A stretch of DNA of 40,145 nucleotides, from the NCBI RefSeq assembly GCF_004010195.1, contig NC_057718.1, forward strand, positions 45,015,843 to 45,055,987, in the 5' to 3' direction. Under the pieces are notes generated by a model. The model worked only from the letters and a program-made list of their open reading frames with translations. It made no database searches and was not told where the DNA came from. The stretch is from Chiloscyllium plagiosum (taxonomy: Eukaryota). Position 1 is the stretch's first letter, and each line of letters begins with the position of its first letter. Of this stretch, positions 23,811 to 34,326 are shown piece by piece. The position numbers and the translations under genes are program-made.

Positions 23811-25810
23811 TGAAAAATGTGGTGCTGGAAAAACACAGCAGGCCAGGCAGCATCCGAGGAGCAGGAGAATCGACGTTTCGGGCATAAGCCCTTCTTCAGG
23901 AATGAGGCTGGTGTGCCAAGCGGGCTGAGATAAAAGATAGGGGGGAGGGAATTTGGGGGAGGGCGCTGGGAATACAATAGGTGGAAGGTGGTGAGGGTGA
24001 GGATGATAGTCCGGAGAGGTCGGGAAGATTGCAGGTCAAGAGGGCGGTGCTGACTCCGAGGGTTGGGACTGAGATAAGGTAGGGGGAGGGGAAAGGAGGA
24101 AGTTGGAGAAATCTCGTGTGGTTGGAGGTTTCCTAGGCAGAAGATGAGGCGCTCTTCCTGCAGGCGTCTTGTGGCCAGGTTCTGGTGATGGAGGCAGCCA
24201 AGGACCTACATGTCCTTGGCGGAGTGGGAGGGGGAGCTAAATTGTTCAGCCACAGGGCGGTTCGGTTGGTTGTGCGGGTGTCCCAGAGGTGTTCCCTGAA
24301 ACATTCCGCAAGTAGATGGCCTGTCTCCCCAAATGTAGAGGAGACCACATCGGGTGCAGCGGATACAGTAAATGATGTGTGTGGAGGTGCAGGTGAATTT
24401 GCGACGGATATAGAAAGATCCATTGGGGCCTTGGAGGGAGGTGAGGGGGGAGGTGTGGGCGCAAGTTTTGCACTTCTTGCGGTTGCAGGGGAAGGTNNNN
24501 NNNNNNNNNNNNNNNNNNNNNNNNNNNNNNNNNNNNNNNNNNNNNNNNNNNNNNNNNNNNNNNNNNNNNNNNNNNNNNNNNNNNNNNNNNNNNNNNNNNN
24601 NNNNNNNNNNNNNNNNNNNNNNNNNNNNNNNNNNNNNNNNNNNNNNNNNNNNNNNNNNNNNNNNNNNNNNNNNNNAATGGGATGGCGTTTTTACATGGGG
24701 CAGGATGGGAGGAGGTGTAGTCCAGTTAGCTGTGGGAGTCGGTCGGTTTGTAGTAGATGTCCGTGTTGATTTGGTCGCCTGAGATAGAAATAGAAAGGTC
24801 GAGGGAGGGGAGGGAGGAATCTGAGACTGTCCAGGTGAATTTGAGGTCGGGGTGGAAGGTGTTGGTGAAGTGGATGAACTGTTCAACCTCCTCGTGGGAG
24901 CACGAGGCGGCGCCGATACAGTCATCGATGTAGTGGAGGAAAAGGTGGGGGGTGGGGCCAGTGTAGTTCGGAAGATGGATTGTTCCACATATCCTACGAA
25001 GAGGCAGGCATATCTGGGGCCCATGCGGGTGCCCATGGCTATTCCTTTCGTTTGGAGGAAGTGGGAGGGTTGGAAAGAGAAGTTGTTCAGGGTGAGGACC
25101 AGTTCAGTCAGTCGAAGGAGGGTGTCTGTGGAAGGGTACTGGTCGGTACGGCGGGAAAGAAAGAAGTGGAGGGCTTTGAGTCCTTCGTGATGGGGGATGG
25201 AGGTGTACAGGGACTGGTTGTCCATGGTGAAAATAAGGCGTTGGGGACCGGGGAAGCGAAAATCATGGAGCAGGTGGAGGACGTGGGTGGTGTCCCGAAC
25301 GTAGGTGGGGAGTTCTTGGACTAAGGGGGACAGGACAGTGTCGAGGTATGCAGAGATGAGTTCGGTGGGGCAGCAGCAGGCTGAGATAATGGGTCGGCCG
25401 GGGCAGTCAGGTTTGTGGATTTTGGGTAGGAGGTAGAAACGGGCGGTGCGGGGTTGTGGGATTATGAGGTTGGAGGCAGTGGATGGGAGATCTCCTGACG
25501 TGATGAGGTTATGGATGGTCTGGGAGATGATGGGTTGGTAGTGTGAGGTGGGGTCATGGCCGAGGGGGCAGTAGAAGGAGGTGTCCGCGAGTTGGCGTCT
25601 AGCTTCAGTGGTGTAAAGATCGGTGTGCCAAACTACCACATGCGCCTCCCTTGTCTGCCGGTTTGATGGTGAGGTTGGGGTTGGAGCAGAGGGAGTGGAG
25701 GGCTGCGTGTTGTGAGGGTCAGAGGTTGGAGTGGGCGAGAGGGGTGAACAGGTTGAGACGGTCAATGTCGCAGCGGCAGTTGGATATGAAGAGATCCAAC
25801 TTTCTCCTAG
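23811..25810 (-). mobile_element. 5'-truncated Penelope-like element (RT + GIY-YIG endonuclease) with 3' hammerhead motif
   Basis: RT: FYLLPKIHKPDCPGRPIIS and QTKGIAMGTRMGPRYACLF, with YIDD in a shifted frame. GIY-YIG: CKTC, IIYCIRCTRCGLLYI, GETG...FREH. Hammerhead core (minus) ctgaaga-agggcttatgccc-gaaacgtc at ~23871-23899. 14-bp TSD ttgaatcccattgt at 23797-23810 and 25811-25824. Confidence 0.95.
24497..24675. other. Assembly gap (N run)
   Basis: Run of n characters. Confidence 0.99.
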
Positions 25811-26006
25811 TTGAATCCCATTGTGGCAAATGGTGAAATTTGAATTCACTAAAAATCTAGAATATAAAAAGTAGACTTAACAAAAACCCATCTGGTTCAA
25901 TAATGTCCTTGTGGGAAGGAAATCTGCCAACCTTATCTGTCTGGTTTACATGTGAATCCAGACCCAAAAGCATTGTGGGTGACTCTTAACTGCTTTCTGG
26001 GCAATG

Positions 26007-27492
26007 ATTGAAGCAGAGTCCCTGTGCAGCAGCTGAATATAAAATCCACTGCAACAGCACTTCCTGAGAAAGACAATCCTGACACTACAGAAAGGATTAC
26101 ACTTGCACACAGCAAACACAGAAGTTGAAAAAGGATGTGTTAAGCAATGTAATTTTGAACATTGGTATTGCATCCCTGATGTTGGTTGTAAGACAGATAA
26201 AGCTGCTGAAATAATTAGTCCTATAAATTGGACTGTTCCGAGTGGGCAATCTCATTTCTGCATTGTATATTGTAACATGAATTATGTTGAGTGTATTCCA
26301 ACATGCATTTTACTACACAGGTGTCTTGTAATGGATCAAGAATGAGAGCCATTCTACAAGTGATACTGAGTACATGAACTGAAATATTCTTCATACTCAG
26401 GACTCGAACAACTTGTAATCCTGTTTTATATTAATGTGATGCGTGCATCACATTGTTCGTAACAAAGACATTATGGTAAGGAAGCATCTGGAATTTGAAA
26501 GGCCCATGCGTCACTTGTGCATTTCGTGAAATCTCCAAAGATTGTTAATGAGATTATTATCCAACCACCCAACAGCAAATGCTTCATCTTCTGCCTTGGG
26601 ACCTTCAACCACACGGCATCAACATTGACTTCACTAGATTCAAAACTCCCCTCCCCCTACCTCACCCCAGATCCAACCCTCCAACTCAGCACCGCCCTCG
26701 TGATCTGTCCTATCCATCCATCTTCCTTCCCACCTATCTGCTCCACCCTCCAAACCAACCTATCACAATCACACCCCCACCTGCATCCACCTATCACCTT
26801 CACAGCTACCTTCCCCCCACCCCTAACCCCCATCCTCCTATTTATCTCTCAGCCCCCTTCCCCACCAAACATTCCAGATGAAAGGTTTATGCCAAAACGT
26901 CAACTCTATTGCTTCTCAGATACTGCTGTGTTTTTCCAGCATCACAACTTTCAACTCTGATCTCCAGCATCTGCAGTCTCCCTTTCTCCTTATTATCTTG
27001 TGGTACAGTCTCAGCACTGCTATGACTCAAACACTGTGAAATGACACTGCATGATTAGCCTCTTCAGCTAACTTGATTCCTGTTCCTTGAAGGAGAATCT
27101 GTTTGGTAATTGCAATCCATATTGACCAATAATTTAATTGCCCAATTCTTCTATCTCTGGATTATTAATACCGAATGTACGACCCAGGTTGCACATTAAG
27201 ACCTTGTGGAAGTCCCAGCGTGCTGATCTCCATGTCACTTCTTCTGCTTCCCGGGATCCTCCACAAAAGCCTAGAGAGGAAGAATTCATACTGTTCTGTG
27301 AGTTATCCAGGAAATGTTACAGAGAGAAAACTGAGTTTTACTCTTGGGCAACTACAAAACTGACATCTCACCCCAATACACCCAATAGTTCCTCAACCAT
27401 CTCCCAACCACTCCCCTGACCTCCCAACGACCCTGGTCACCTAAGACCCTTTGGCTCCAATTAACCCCAAATACACTCAGAGCTGCTGCAAG
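26007..27492 (-). repeat. Right arm of the ~1 kb inverted repeat, interrupted by a Penelope tail
   Basis: Reverse-complement similarity to 21757-22752 along its whole length once 26562-26997 is removed. Confidence 0.88.
26562..26989 (+). mobile_element. Penelope 3' fragment
   Basis: FIFCLGT / LQPHGINIDF C-terminus, C-rich UTR and a degenerate hammerhead at ~26875-26900. 8-bp TSD ttattatc at 26554-26561 and 26990-26997. The empty site is visible in the left arm (gataataa, 22236-22243). Confidence 0.88.
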
Positions 27493-29027
27493 ATTCCTCC
27501 GAGATTCCCTTGTGCCGATGCATTGTCTTCTAGTTTCAGAGGCTGCACACAGACCTCAGAGAGCCATGTACCGAGAAACATAGAGTATTGGTCCCAACCT
27601 GACCTTTCCTGAGCATGCTAATTTCCTGACTACCTCCATTTCCCAGTCCAGTTATGACTAACTTCTGACTTGACCACTCTGATCCAACCTGACTACTCAC
27701 TACACTGAAAAAATAGTGTACATCAAAAATGTATAACTTAAATATTTCATTTAATGTATGAATAACATTGTCAATTGACCTGTAGCACTTCAGTTATCTT
27801 TCTAAACCTTGATGTGAAGCATCTTGTAACTCTTCCCACTGTTCTTTGCTTTTAATGTGCAGTGCTGCCTGAACAAAGCTTTTAACCAAATTAATGTGAA
27901 AACTACTAAGAATGAAGCTAGAATTGTAAAACAGCAGAGTATAATGAAAAGTTAAAAAAAATCCTTTAATTAAGCACCGTAAACTGCACTGTCCTGCAAT
28001 CATTCATGCTATGTATTGCAGTGCAATGAAATGTGAGAAATAAATATTATAAAGCAGAGGCACAAACATTGTAGATCCAGGTAAGCTGATTTACTTCAGC
28101 AATGAACAGTGTCGACAGTTAGCAAGCAGATTTACTTTTAGTTGGAGCATGAACCATCCAGGGCCACAGGAAAAAGACACAAGTGCGTCTAGCTGTGTTA
28201 CTCTTGCTGAGACCAGCATGGATATGACAGACCAAATGGCCAGCTTCCATGTTGTATTTCTTCTATGAATTGCCGGCTGAATGTCATGGTATGGTGAGGC
28301 ATACCACTACCAGAATCACAAGTAGGAGCACAGGAGGACCATGTGTGGCATCCTTTCAGTAATGGTTGATTGAGAGGCCGTAACCAGCACCACCGTCAAA
28401 CTGGGGTTAGCATAGATATGGCTGTTGTTGCTACAGGAAGACAAATCCTTGCTTAAGTCCTGTTGAAGACCAGCTAAGATTTTAACCATACTGGGGCAAG
28501 GTCTGGCATTTGGAGGGATGCAGTCTTCATTGGCAACTCTATTGCTGTCTTCACTGAGCCTCAGGCAGTCAGAAAAGAGAGAGTCCTTTCATTGAATCAT
28601 TTGTTGCTCTCCCCATACAACTGTCCACCTCCCAACATGATAAAGTAACTGTAGGCATGGGATCTGATTCATAATTGAATACTTATTAGGTACTATAGGA
28701 TTCCTTTCAGCAGTTCATGATCTCTTTCTAGACATATTGTCACTTCCAGGGACACTGTTCAAACTTATACTGTGTATTCCTGACCTCCAATGTTGTACTT
28801 CATGTACCCAATTCATGGGCTCAACCTCTTGCATGCCATCCTGTACATCTCACCAGTAGTGATATGTTCAGTGGTTGTCCCTACTGTACCTATAATAGTT
28901 ATATTTCTTTATTGACTAGCCCCATCTGGTTGACTTTAATACTAACTCCTGGACATTGTCATTTGGGATCAATGGTCTCATTTAGATCATCAGAGCTGAT
29001 CTATCCTTCATCAAACAAACTGTCAAT

Positions 29028-29620
29028 GCCCACCCCCACCCTCCTCAAGCTTATCTCTCCACGCTGCAGGCTCTCTGCTTTTATTCCTGATGAAGGGCTT
29101 TTGCCCGAAACGTCGATTTTGCCTGTCCTCGGATTTTGCCTGTACCTCGGATGCTGCCTGAATTGCTGTGCTCTTCCAGCACCACTAATCCAGAATCTGG
29201 TTTCCAGCATCTGCAGTCAGTGTTTTTACCTCGTTGATTTTAACCCGACTGCGAATCCTCTTGCAAGGATGCCTGCCTTGAAGAAGTTTTCCTCCTCTCT
29301 CTACAAGAATCTCAGGGTGTCTCTCTCCCACTGCAACTCCCAGGTCATTTCCTCTGCCCTGAAGCTCTTCAACCATGTCCTCCCCCACTGACCTATTGTA
29401 CTCTATGCTACTCTCTCCCCACCCCCACCCTCCTCTAGCTTATTTCTCCACGATTCAGGCTCTCTGCCTTTATTCCTGATGAAGGGCTTTTGCCTGAAAC
29501 GTCGATTTTGCCTGTCCTCGGATTTTGCCTGTACCTCGGATGCTGCCTGAATTGCTGTGCTCTTCCAGCACCACTAATCCAGAATCTGGTTCACAGCATC
29601 TGCAGTCATTGTTTTTACCT
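29028..29620 (+). mobile_element. Penelope insertion with tandem ~200-bp terminal repeats (pLTR-like), each with a hammerhead core
   Basis: 7-bp TSD tgtcaat at 29021-29027 and 29621-29627. Direct repeats ~29029-29231 and ~29418-29620 share a private internal duplication (gattttgcctgt[a]cctcg x2). Confidence 0.88.
29087..29114 (+). ncRNA. Minimal type I hammerhead ribozyme motif (Penelope-associated); second copy at 29476-29503
   Basis: CTGATGA-a-GGGC-tttt-GCCC-GAAA-C-GTC: conserved core, stem II, and a palindromic ACGT in place of stem III. Stem I is weak; activity untested. Confidence 0.6.
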
Positions 29621-29866
29621 TGTCAATTGCAACAGTCTGATCACCAGAAATGTATAACATTTGGTTAGGAGAAGTACCTAGTTCCTTGTCACATTTATAA
29701 TTCGTCCAGAATCTGTAATTTTATAATCCAAACCAAGCACCTTTGAAGAATGTACTTGAACAGTGTGGTTCTTGCGCAATGCAATTATTGTTTCTCCATC
29801 CATACTAATAACCTTTCCTGGACTGTACACTCCAAGTCCTTTACTTTTATAATAACTCATGTCTCC

Positions 29867-30003
29867 AGAACAGTTCTGAAGAAGGGTCACTAGACCTGAA
29901 ACATTAACTCTGATTTCTCTCACGGATCCTGACAGACTGCAGGGTTTTTCCAGCAATTTTTGTTTTTGTTTCTGATTTCCAGCATCCGCAATTCTTTGGT
30001 TTT
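29867..30003 (+). mobile_element. Short Penelope-type tail insertion
   Basis: ctgaaga-agggtcactagacct-gaaac hammerhead-like core, then a ccagcatccgca tail. Possible 5-bp TSD tctcc at 29862-29866 and 30004-30008. Confidence 0.6.
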
Positions 30004-33000
30004 TCTCCCTAATTTAAATTGCTTTCCAGTTAACTGGCATTATAAATTAAGGCTCACTGATTTCTATCTGCTTTAATTGGCTTTAATTAATGCCTTTCTG
30101 TCAGCGTGCAGTGCATTCAAAAATGTATTTTCTTCCATTTTCTAACTTTTTGCCCTTTATTGTGAATGGCACTTCTTGAAATTCTTTAATGTCATGTACC
30201 ACTAAAGCAATACAATAGTGAATATGTAAAACATAAAACTATTGTATTTGGAAAATCTGTTGTAAATTCACAGATTTACCAAATACAATAGCTTTAATGT
30301 TTTACATGTTCAATTTTGTTGGCACATTTTTCATTGATAGTGTATTTAATGACAAAGGTATTTCACTGGATGTTACTGTGCTGATAAAATATTTGATTCC
30401 AGCTATTTTACAAGGAATAACTACTTTTTTAAAAATATTTTAGTGCATTATCATTCTCAAATCCGAAACTGGTTGACCACTGAAATGCTCTCCATATGAT
30501 TCATATCTCCATCTTTTTCCTTTGAATCTTTCATTTCAAATACTGCTTTGTACATTTTGGGACCATTCATGTGCAATTGTACTTTGAATCGCATCTCAGT
30601 ATTTCTGGAATTTTCTCTTCCAAATCACACAATGTCAAATCCAAAACCACTTGTTCCCCACATATATACACTTATAGACCAGTCAATGTCTCATGCAATT
30701 AACAGATTACTACCACCTATTCCCTGCCAGGCGCAACTTCAGAAAGAGATTAAGAACAAAGATTTCATTCATGTGCAAAATCCATTAAAACAAGAGTGCT
30801 TGGTTTTATTTCTAATCATAATTCAAAGAGTCTACTGCGAGTTGGAACAATTGATTAAAATATAACATGGCAGGCACCTCACCGTGATAATGGATAATTA
30901 TAAAATTAGTCATGTAACACTGGCTGATACTAAGAATATATGAACTGATTAAATATGTGTAGAAGTAGATCTTCTGGCTCCACAAGCCTGCTGCTCCACT
31001 TAATAAGATTTTTGCTAATTTTTTGGTGTTTTTAATTCCATTTTCCCAGCAACCTCCAAAAACATTTGCTTCCATCCACCTCACCTCAAAAATATTTAAT
31101 TAACCCATTTCCAGAGTTTTCTAATGCAGAAAATTCAAAAGTTGCACAACCCCGAGAAAAATAATTTCTGCATCCTTTTCCAAAAGCCATGACCCCTAAT
31201 TCTAAAAACAGTGCTCTCTAGTTCTGGACTCACCCACAAGAGAAAACAACCCTTCCACTTAGACTGTTAGCATGTGGAGAGGGAGAAAGGAAAAGGAAAA
31301 GTAGGAGGGATTGTCTAAGCACTAGCACTTGCTGATAATGGTCCACAGTATTTTCTATGGAACTGAGAGGACTGAGATCATCTCGTATGAGATGATTTTT
31401 ATTTTCTCTTGGGTATACTTTTTAAGTTTGAAGAAATTCAAAAAAATGCCTGTGCCACTCATTTGTAACTAAATTTCAAGAGAACTCAGCTGAAGCACAT
31501 GCAGAAACACAGAGCACCAAGGCAAGGTAAGAAGGAGGAGAAGAGCTGCAATTTGACTGTCATTGCCCATTGCCTATTAGTAGGACATGTCCAATTGTTA
31601 TATTGTCAACCATTTTGAACTTTCATTCTTTTTGAATGGATTTCAGGACTGTCATCTTAATCTATCAATCTCTCATGATTTTGTGCCATCCTATGTTTGT
31701 CAGATCCTTTGCTGTTCTGAATTTGATTTACATATTTCCTACTATTCTGTTCCACTGTTGGTGGTGAAATCTTCGATTAGCTTTTTTACTTCCTTCTAGC
31801 AAACATCCATCTCATTATATATTTTAAAATCTCTAGAAAGTCTTGTCTCTGCAATCACTGTTTTGCTCACCACTTCTAAGTTTTCAACCCCACCTTCCCT
31901 TTTCTGAAATGCCTTAGGACCTTGTGTTATGTTAAGGACAATGTATAAGTGTGAGTTGTATTGAAGTAGTAGCAGCCTAGATGCCAACTTTATGCTTGAT
32001 TGTTTGAAAAAAAATCATTCAATTTTTATAACTACTATGAGGTTATCTGGAGCATATTTCAATTAGAGATTAATTCAACAGAATGATGTGCACACAGGCT
32101 GGTTAGTGTAAATAAGAGAATTAGCAAAAGCCTTATGGACTAATCATTCCAAAGTAAAGAATTAAACTAGGGAGAAACTAACAGCATGCCAATGAGCTAG
32201 AAATGAGAAATACTATAATAGGATTTAGTGGGCTCACATCCAGGATATGCAGATTATCATTGCAGATTGAATTCAAAGGAGATGTATCTTAATAGCCAAA
32301 AACCATGCAAAGTTTTTGATTCATTGAATAGTTTTCTTGATTTATCAGGAACAAATGAATATTCTTTCCTCCTTGGAGATTTGTAAAAGCTATCTTTGGA
32401 TATAGAGTGTTCATTCAAACGATGTGAAGAATTCAATTTTTCAACATGGATGACTCTTACAATCATTTTACAACAGAAATAGACTGTACCAAAATGGTTA
32501 ATGTTAAACCTGCAATAACTAATTGTGTATGCTTAATGACTCCTCTCAAATAAAATAACCTATGAGTGAATTTTTGCAGGATTCTCCCAATTCATAGCTG
32601 CAATTTTAATGGAAGAGCTGAAAATGACCAAGGAATGTTATAAAGACTGACATTATGACAAACAAGCAAGAGAACCCCTGCGTGAATATACTCTCCAAGT
32701 TATTTTAGGGAATGCCTTTGATATATAGCAAAATAATATTATAAAGGCTTTACTAGAGAGAAGAGTTAGGAGGCAAGTTGAAATCTAATACCATTCTCTT
32801 GTTTTAAATCACAAAATGCATTTATTCTTTATTTTATTAAGTTCCATGTTTCTCAGGAAGATAATCTATCAATTTGGTTGGACATTGAAAATATACATGC
32901 CTAAAGCTGCATGTCATTAAAACAAAGCCTTGAGGAACATATTAATGACTATTCTGCTTGGAATAAGTTATGACTTTCAATCATGTATATAATGTAATGA

Positions 33001-33606
33001 ATGATATTAAAAAGCTGGTTGTCCAACAGAAAAGGGTTCCTATACACTCTTCTGTTAAGGAGAATAATCAAAAATATTTATTATAATTATTCTTACATTT
33101 TTACTTGGTGAATATTCTTGCATTAAACTGCATAAAGACAAGTAGTTAGCTACAGTATAATTTCAAATTATTGCATTAATTGTGAAGTATTTTAAGAAGG
33201 TTTAAATCTAAAATCACTGAATAGAAATATAGTTATTTTTGCCTGGAAATATTTAATCTTATATATAGATTTCAATAAAAAATAATTTATGATATTCATC
33301 TTTAGTAATTTCACAGTAATATTTAATCAGATATTTGTCTTTCAATGATAGAATCTGTTTCATTATGTCATTACCTATTTGGCAGCAAACATTCATTAGA
33401 ATTGGTAGTTTAATGGTTTGCTTGGCTGTATAGAAAGTAAAATAAACTCAAATGCATACCATACTTAGTTTCAGAAAAGTTTCGTTTAGGACAAGTACAG
33501 TTATACATTAGCTATATTTAGAAAAATCAATCTTATGATAAAATTGACCCATATTTCATTATCACATATAAGACACCATAAATGCATCTACAGAAGGCAT
33601 GATGTA

Positions 33607-33725
33607 GAGATGCCAATGTTAGACAGGGATGGACAAGTTCAGAAGGCACATGAAACCGGGTTATAGTCTAACAGGTTTATTTGAAATCATAAGCTTTCAG
33701 AGCGCTGTTCCTTCATAAGGTGAAG
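33607..33725 (-). mobile_element. Older single tail of the Penelope family seen at 34121-34326
   Basis: gagatgcca..ggttatagtctaacaggtttatt..agctttcagagcgctgttccttcat aligns to 34128-34241. Confidence 0.7.
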
Positions 33726-34120
33726 TGCAGGATGCTGTAGAAATGCACTTGTGTTGTCATTTCTCTGACATTCTTGAGTCGCCATGATTGCACATATTAC
33801 CTCAATATGAAAATTAAATTGAGAATTCTGAAGTTATAAAATATATGTGATAATATTTCCACCCTACATAATTTCTGCCTTTTATATAGCAATAAGAGTT
33901 CTCATCAATTCGTATTGAATACTTAACCAATAGATTAAAGTCATTTTTTCAAAGGATTTTATATTAGTTAACCAAGGTACATCAAAGCTGTAAAGTTAAC
34001 AAAACACTCACTGAGAACTACCTGGTTAATGAGCAGGACTCAGGCCAAGGCATTTATCAACATGACTTGAGGCCAAATAGATAACTGATACACTTTAAGT
34101 ACTCAATGTTCATTTTTGAA

Positions 34121-34326
34121 TGATTCGGAGATGCCGGTGTTGGACTGGGGTGTACAAAGTTAAAAATCACACAACACCAGGTTATAGTCCAACAGGTTTA
34201 ATTCGAAGCACACTAGCTTTCGGAGCGACGCTCCTTAATCACCTGATGAAGGAGCGTCGCTCTGAAAGCTAGTGTGCTTCCAATTAAACCTGTTGGACTA
34301 TAACCTGGTGTTGTGTGATTTTTAAC
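34121..34326. mobile_element. Palindromic Penelope-tail mini-insertion with hammerhead motif
   Basis: Arms 34157-34241 and 34244-34328 (85 bp, 3 mismatches, 2-nt spacer). 12-bp TSD ttcatttttgaa at 34109-34120 and 34327-34338. Confidence 0.9.
34240..34274 (+). ncRNA. Minimal type I hammerhead ribozyme motif
   Basis: cac-CTGATGA-a-ggagc-gtc-gctct-GAAA-gc-TA-gtg: stem I cac/gtg, stem II with one G-U pair, palindromic AGCT in place of stem III. Confidence 0.65.

Larger units (their letters stand above)
23750..26005 (+). mobile_element. tRNA-SINE split in two (23750-23810 and 25811-26005) by a Penelope insertion
   Basis: Head gaggcagtggcatagt...ttgaatccc continues after the TSD as ggcaaatggtgaaatttgaattc...aaacccatctggttca...gactcttaactgc. 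Confidence 0.6.
28700..30620 (-). mobile_element. Decayed, internally deleted Ty1/copia (GalEa-like) LTR retrotransposon internal region
   Basis: Minus-strand remnants in gag-PR-IN order: knuckle-like LRCDSKY (~30580); protease-like SFGFENDNALKYF, VVIPCKIAGIKYFIS, SSEIPLSL, KAIVFGKSVNL, HYCI (30200-30470); integrase C-terminus LNALHADRKALIKA (~30080-30120) and GDMSYYKSKGLGVYSPGKVISMDGETII...TVQVHSSKV (29740-29866); then VEPMNWVHEVQHWR (~28785-28827). Confidence 0.65.

Noticed and set aside
24206..25849. 547-aa ORF as a host or domesticated gene
   Set aside because: It is a frameshifted Penelope RT/GIY-YIG crossing an N gap, and it starts outside the TSD.
29116..29152. Short direct repeats suggestive of a CRISPR-like array
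   Set aside because: Only a two-unit tandem duplication without spacers, in eukaryotic TE sequence.
31377..31396. Small hairpin atcatctc-gtat-gagatgat; also (gaca)n near 38937-38952
   Set aside because: An 8-bp stem and a short microsatellite are expected by chance in 40 kb.
31720..31800. Possible minus-strand terminal exon (KEVKKLIEDFTTNSGTE*)
   Set aside because: Poor polypyrimidine tract, no homology recognised and no upstream exons found.
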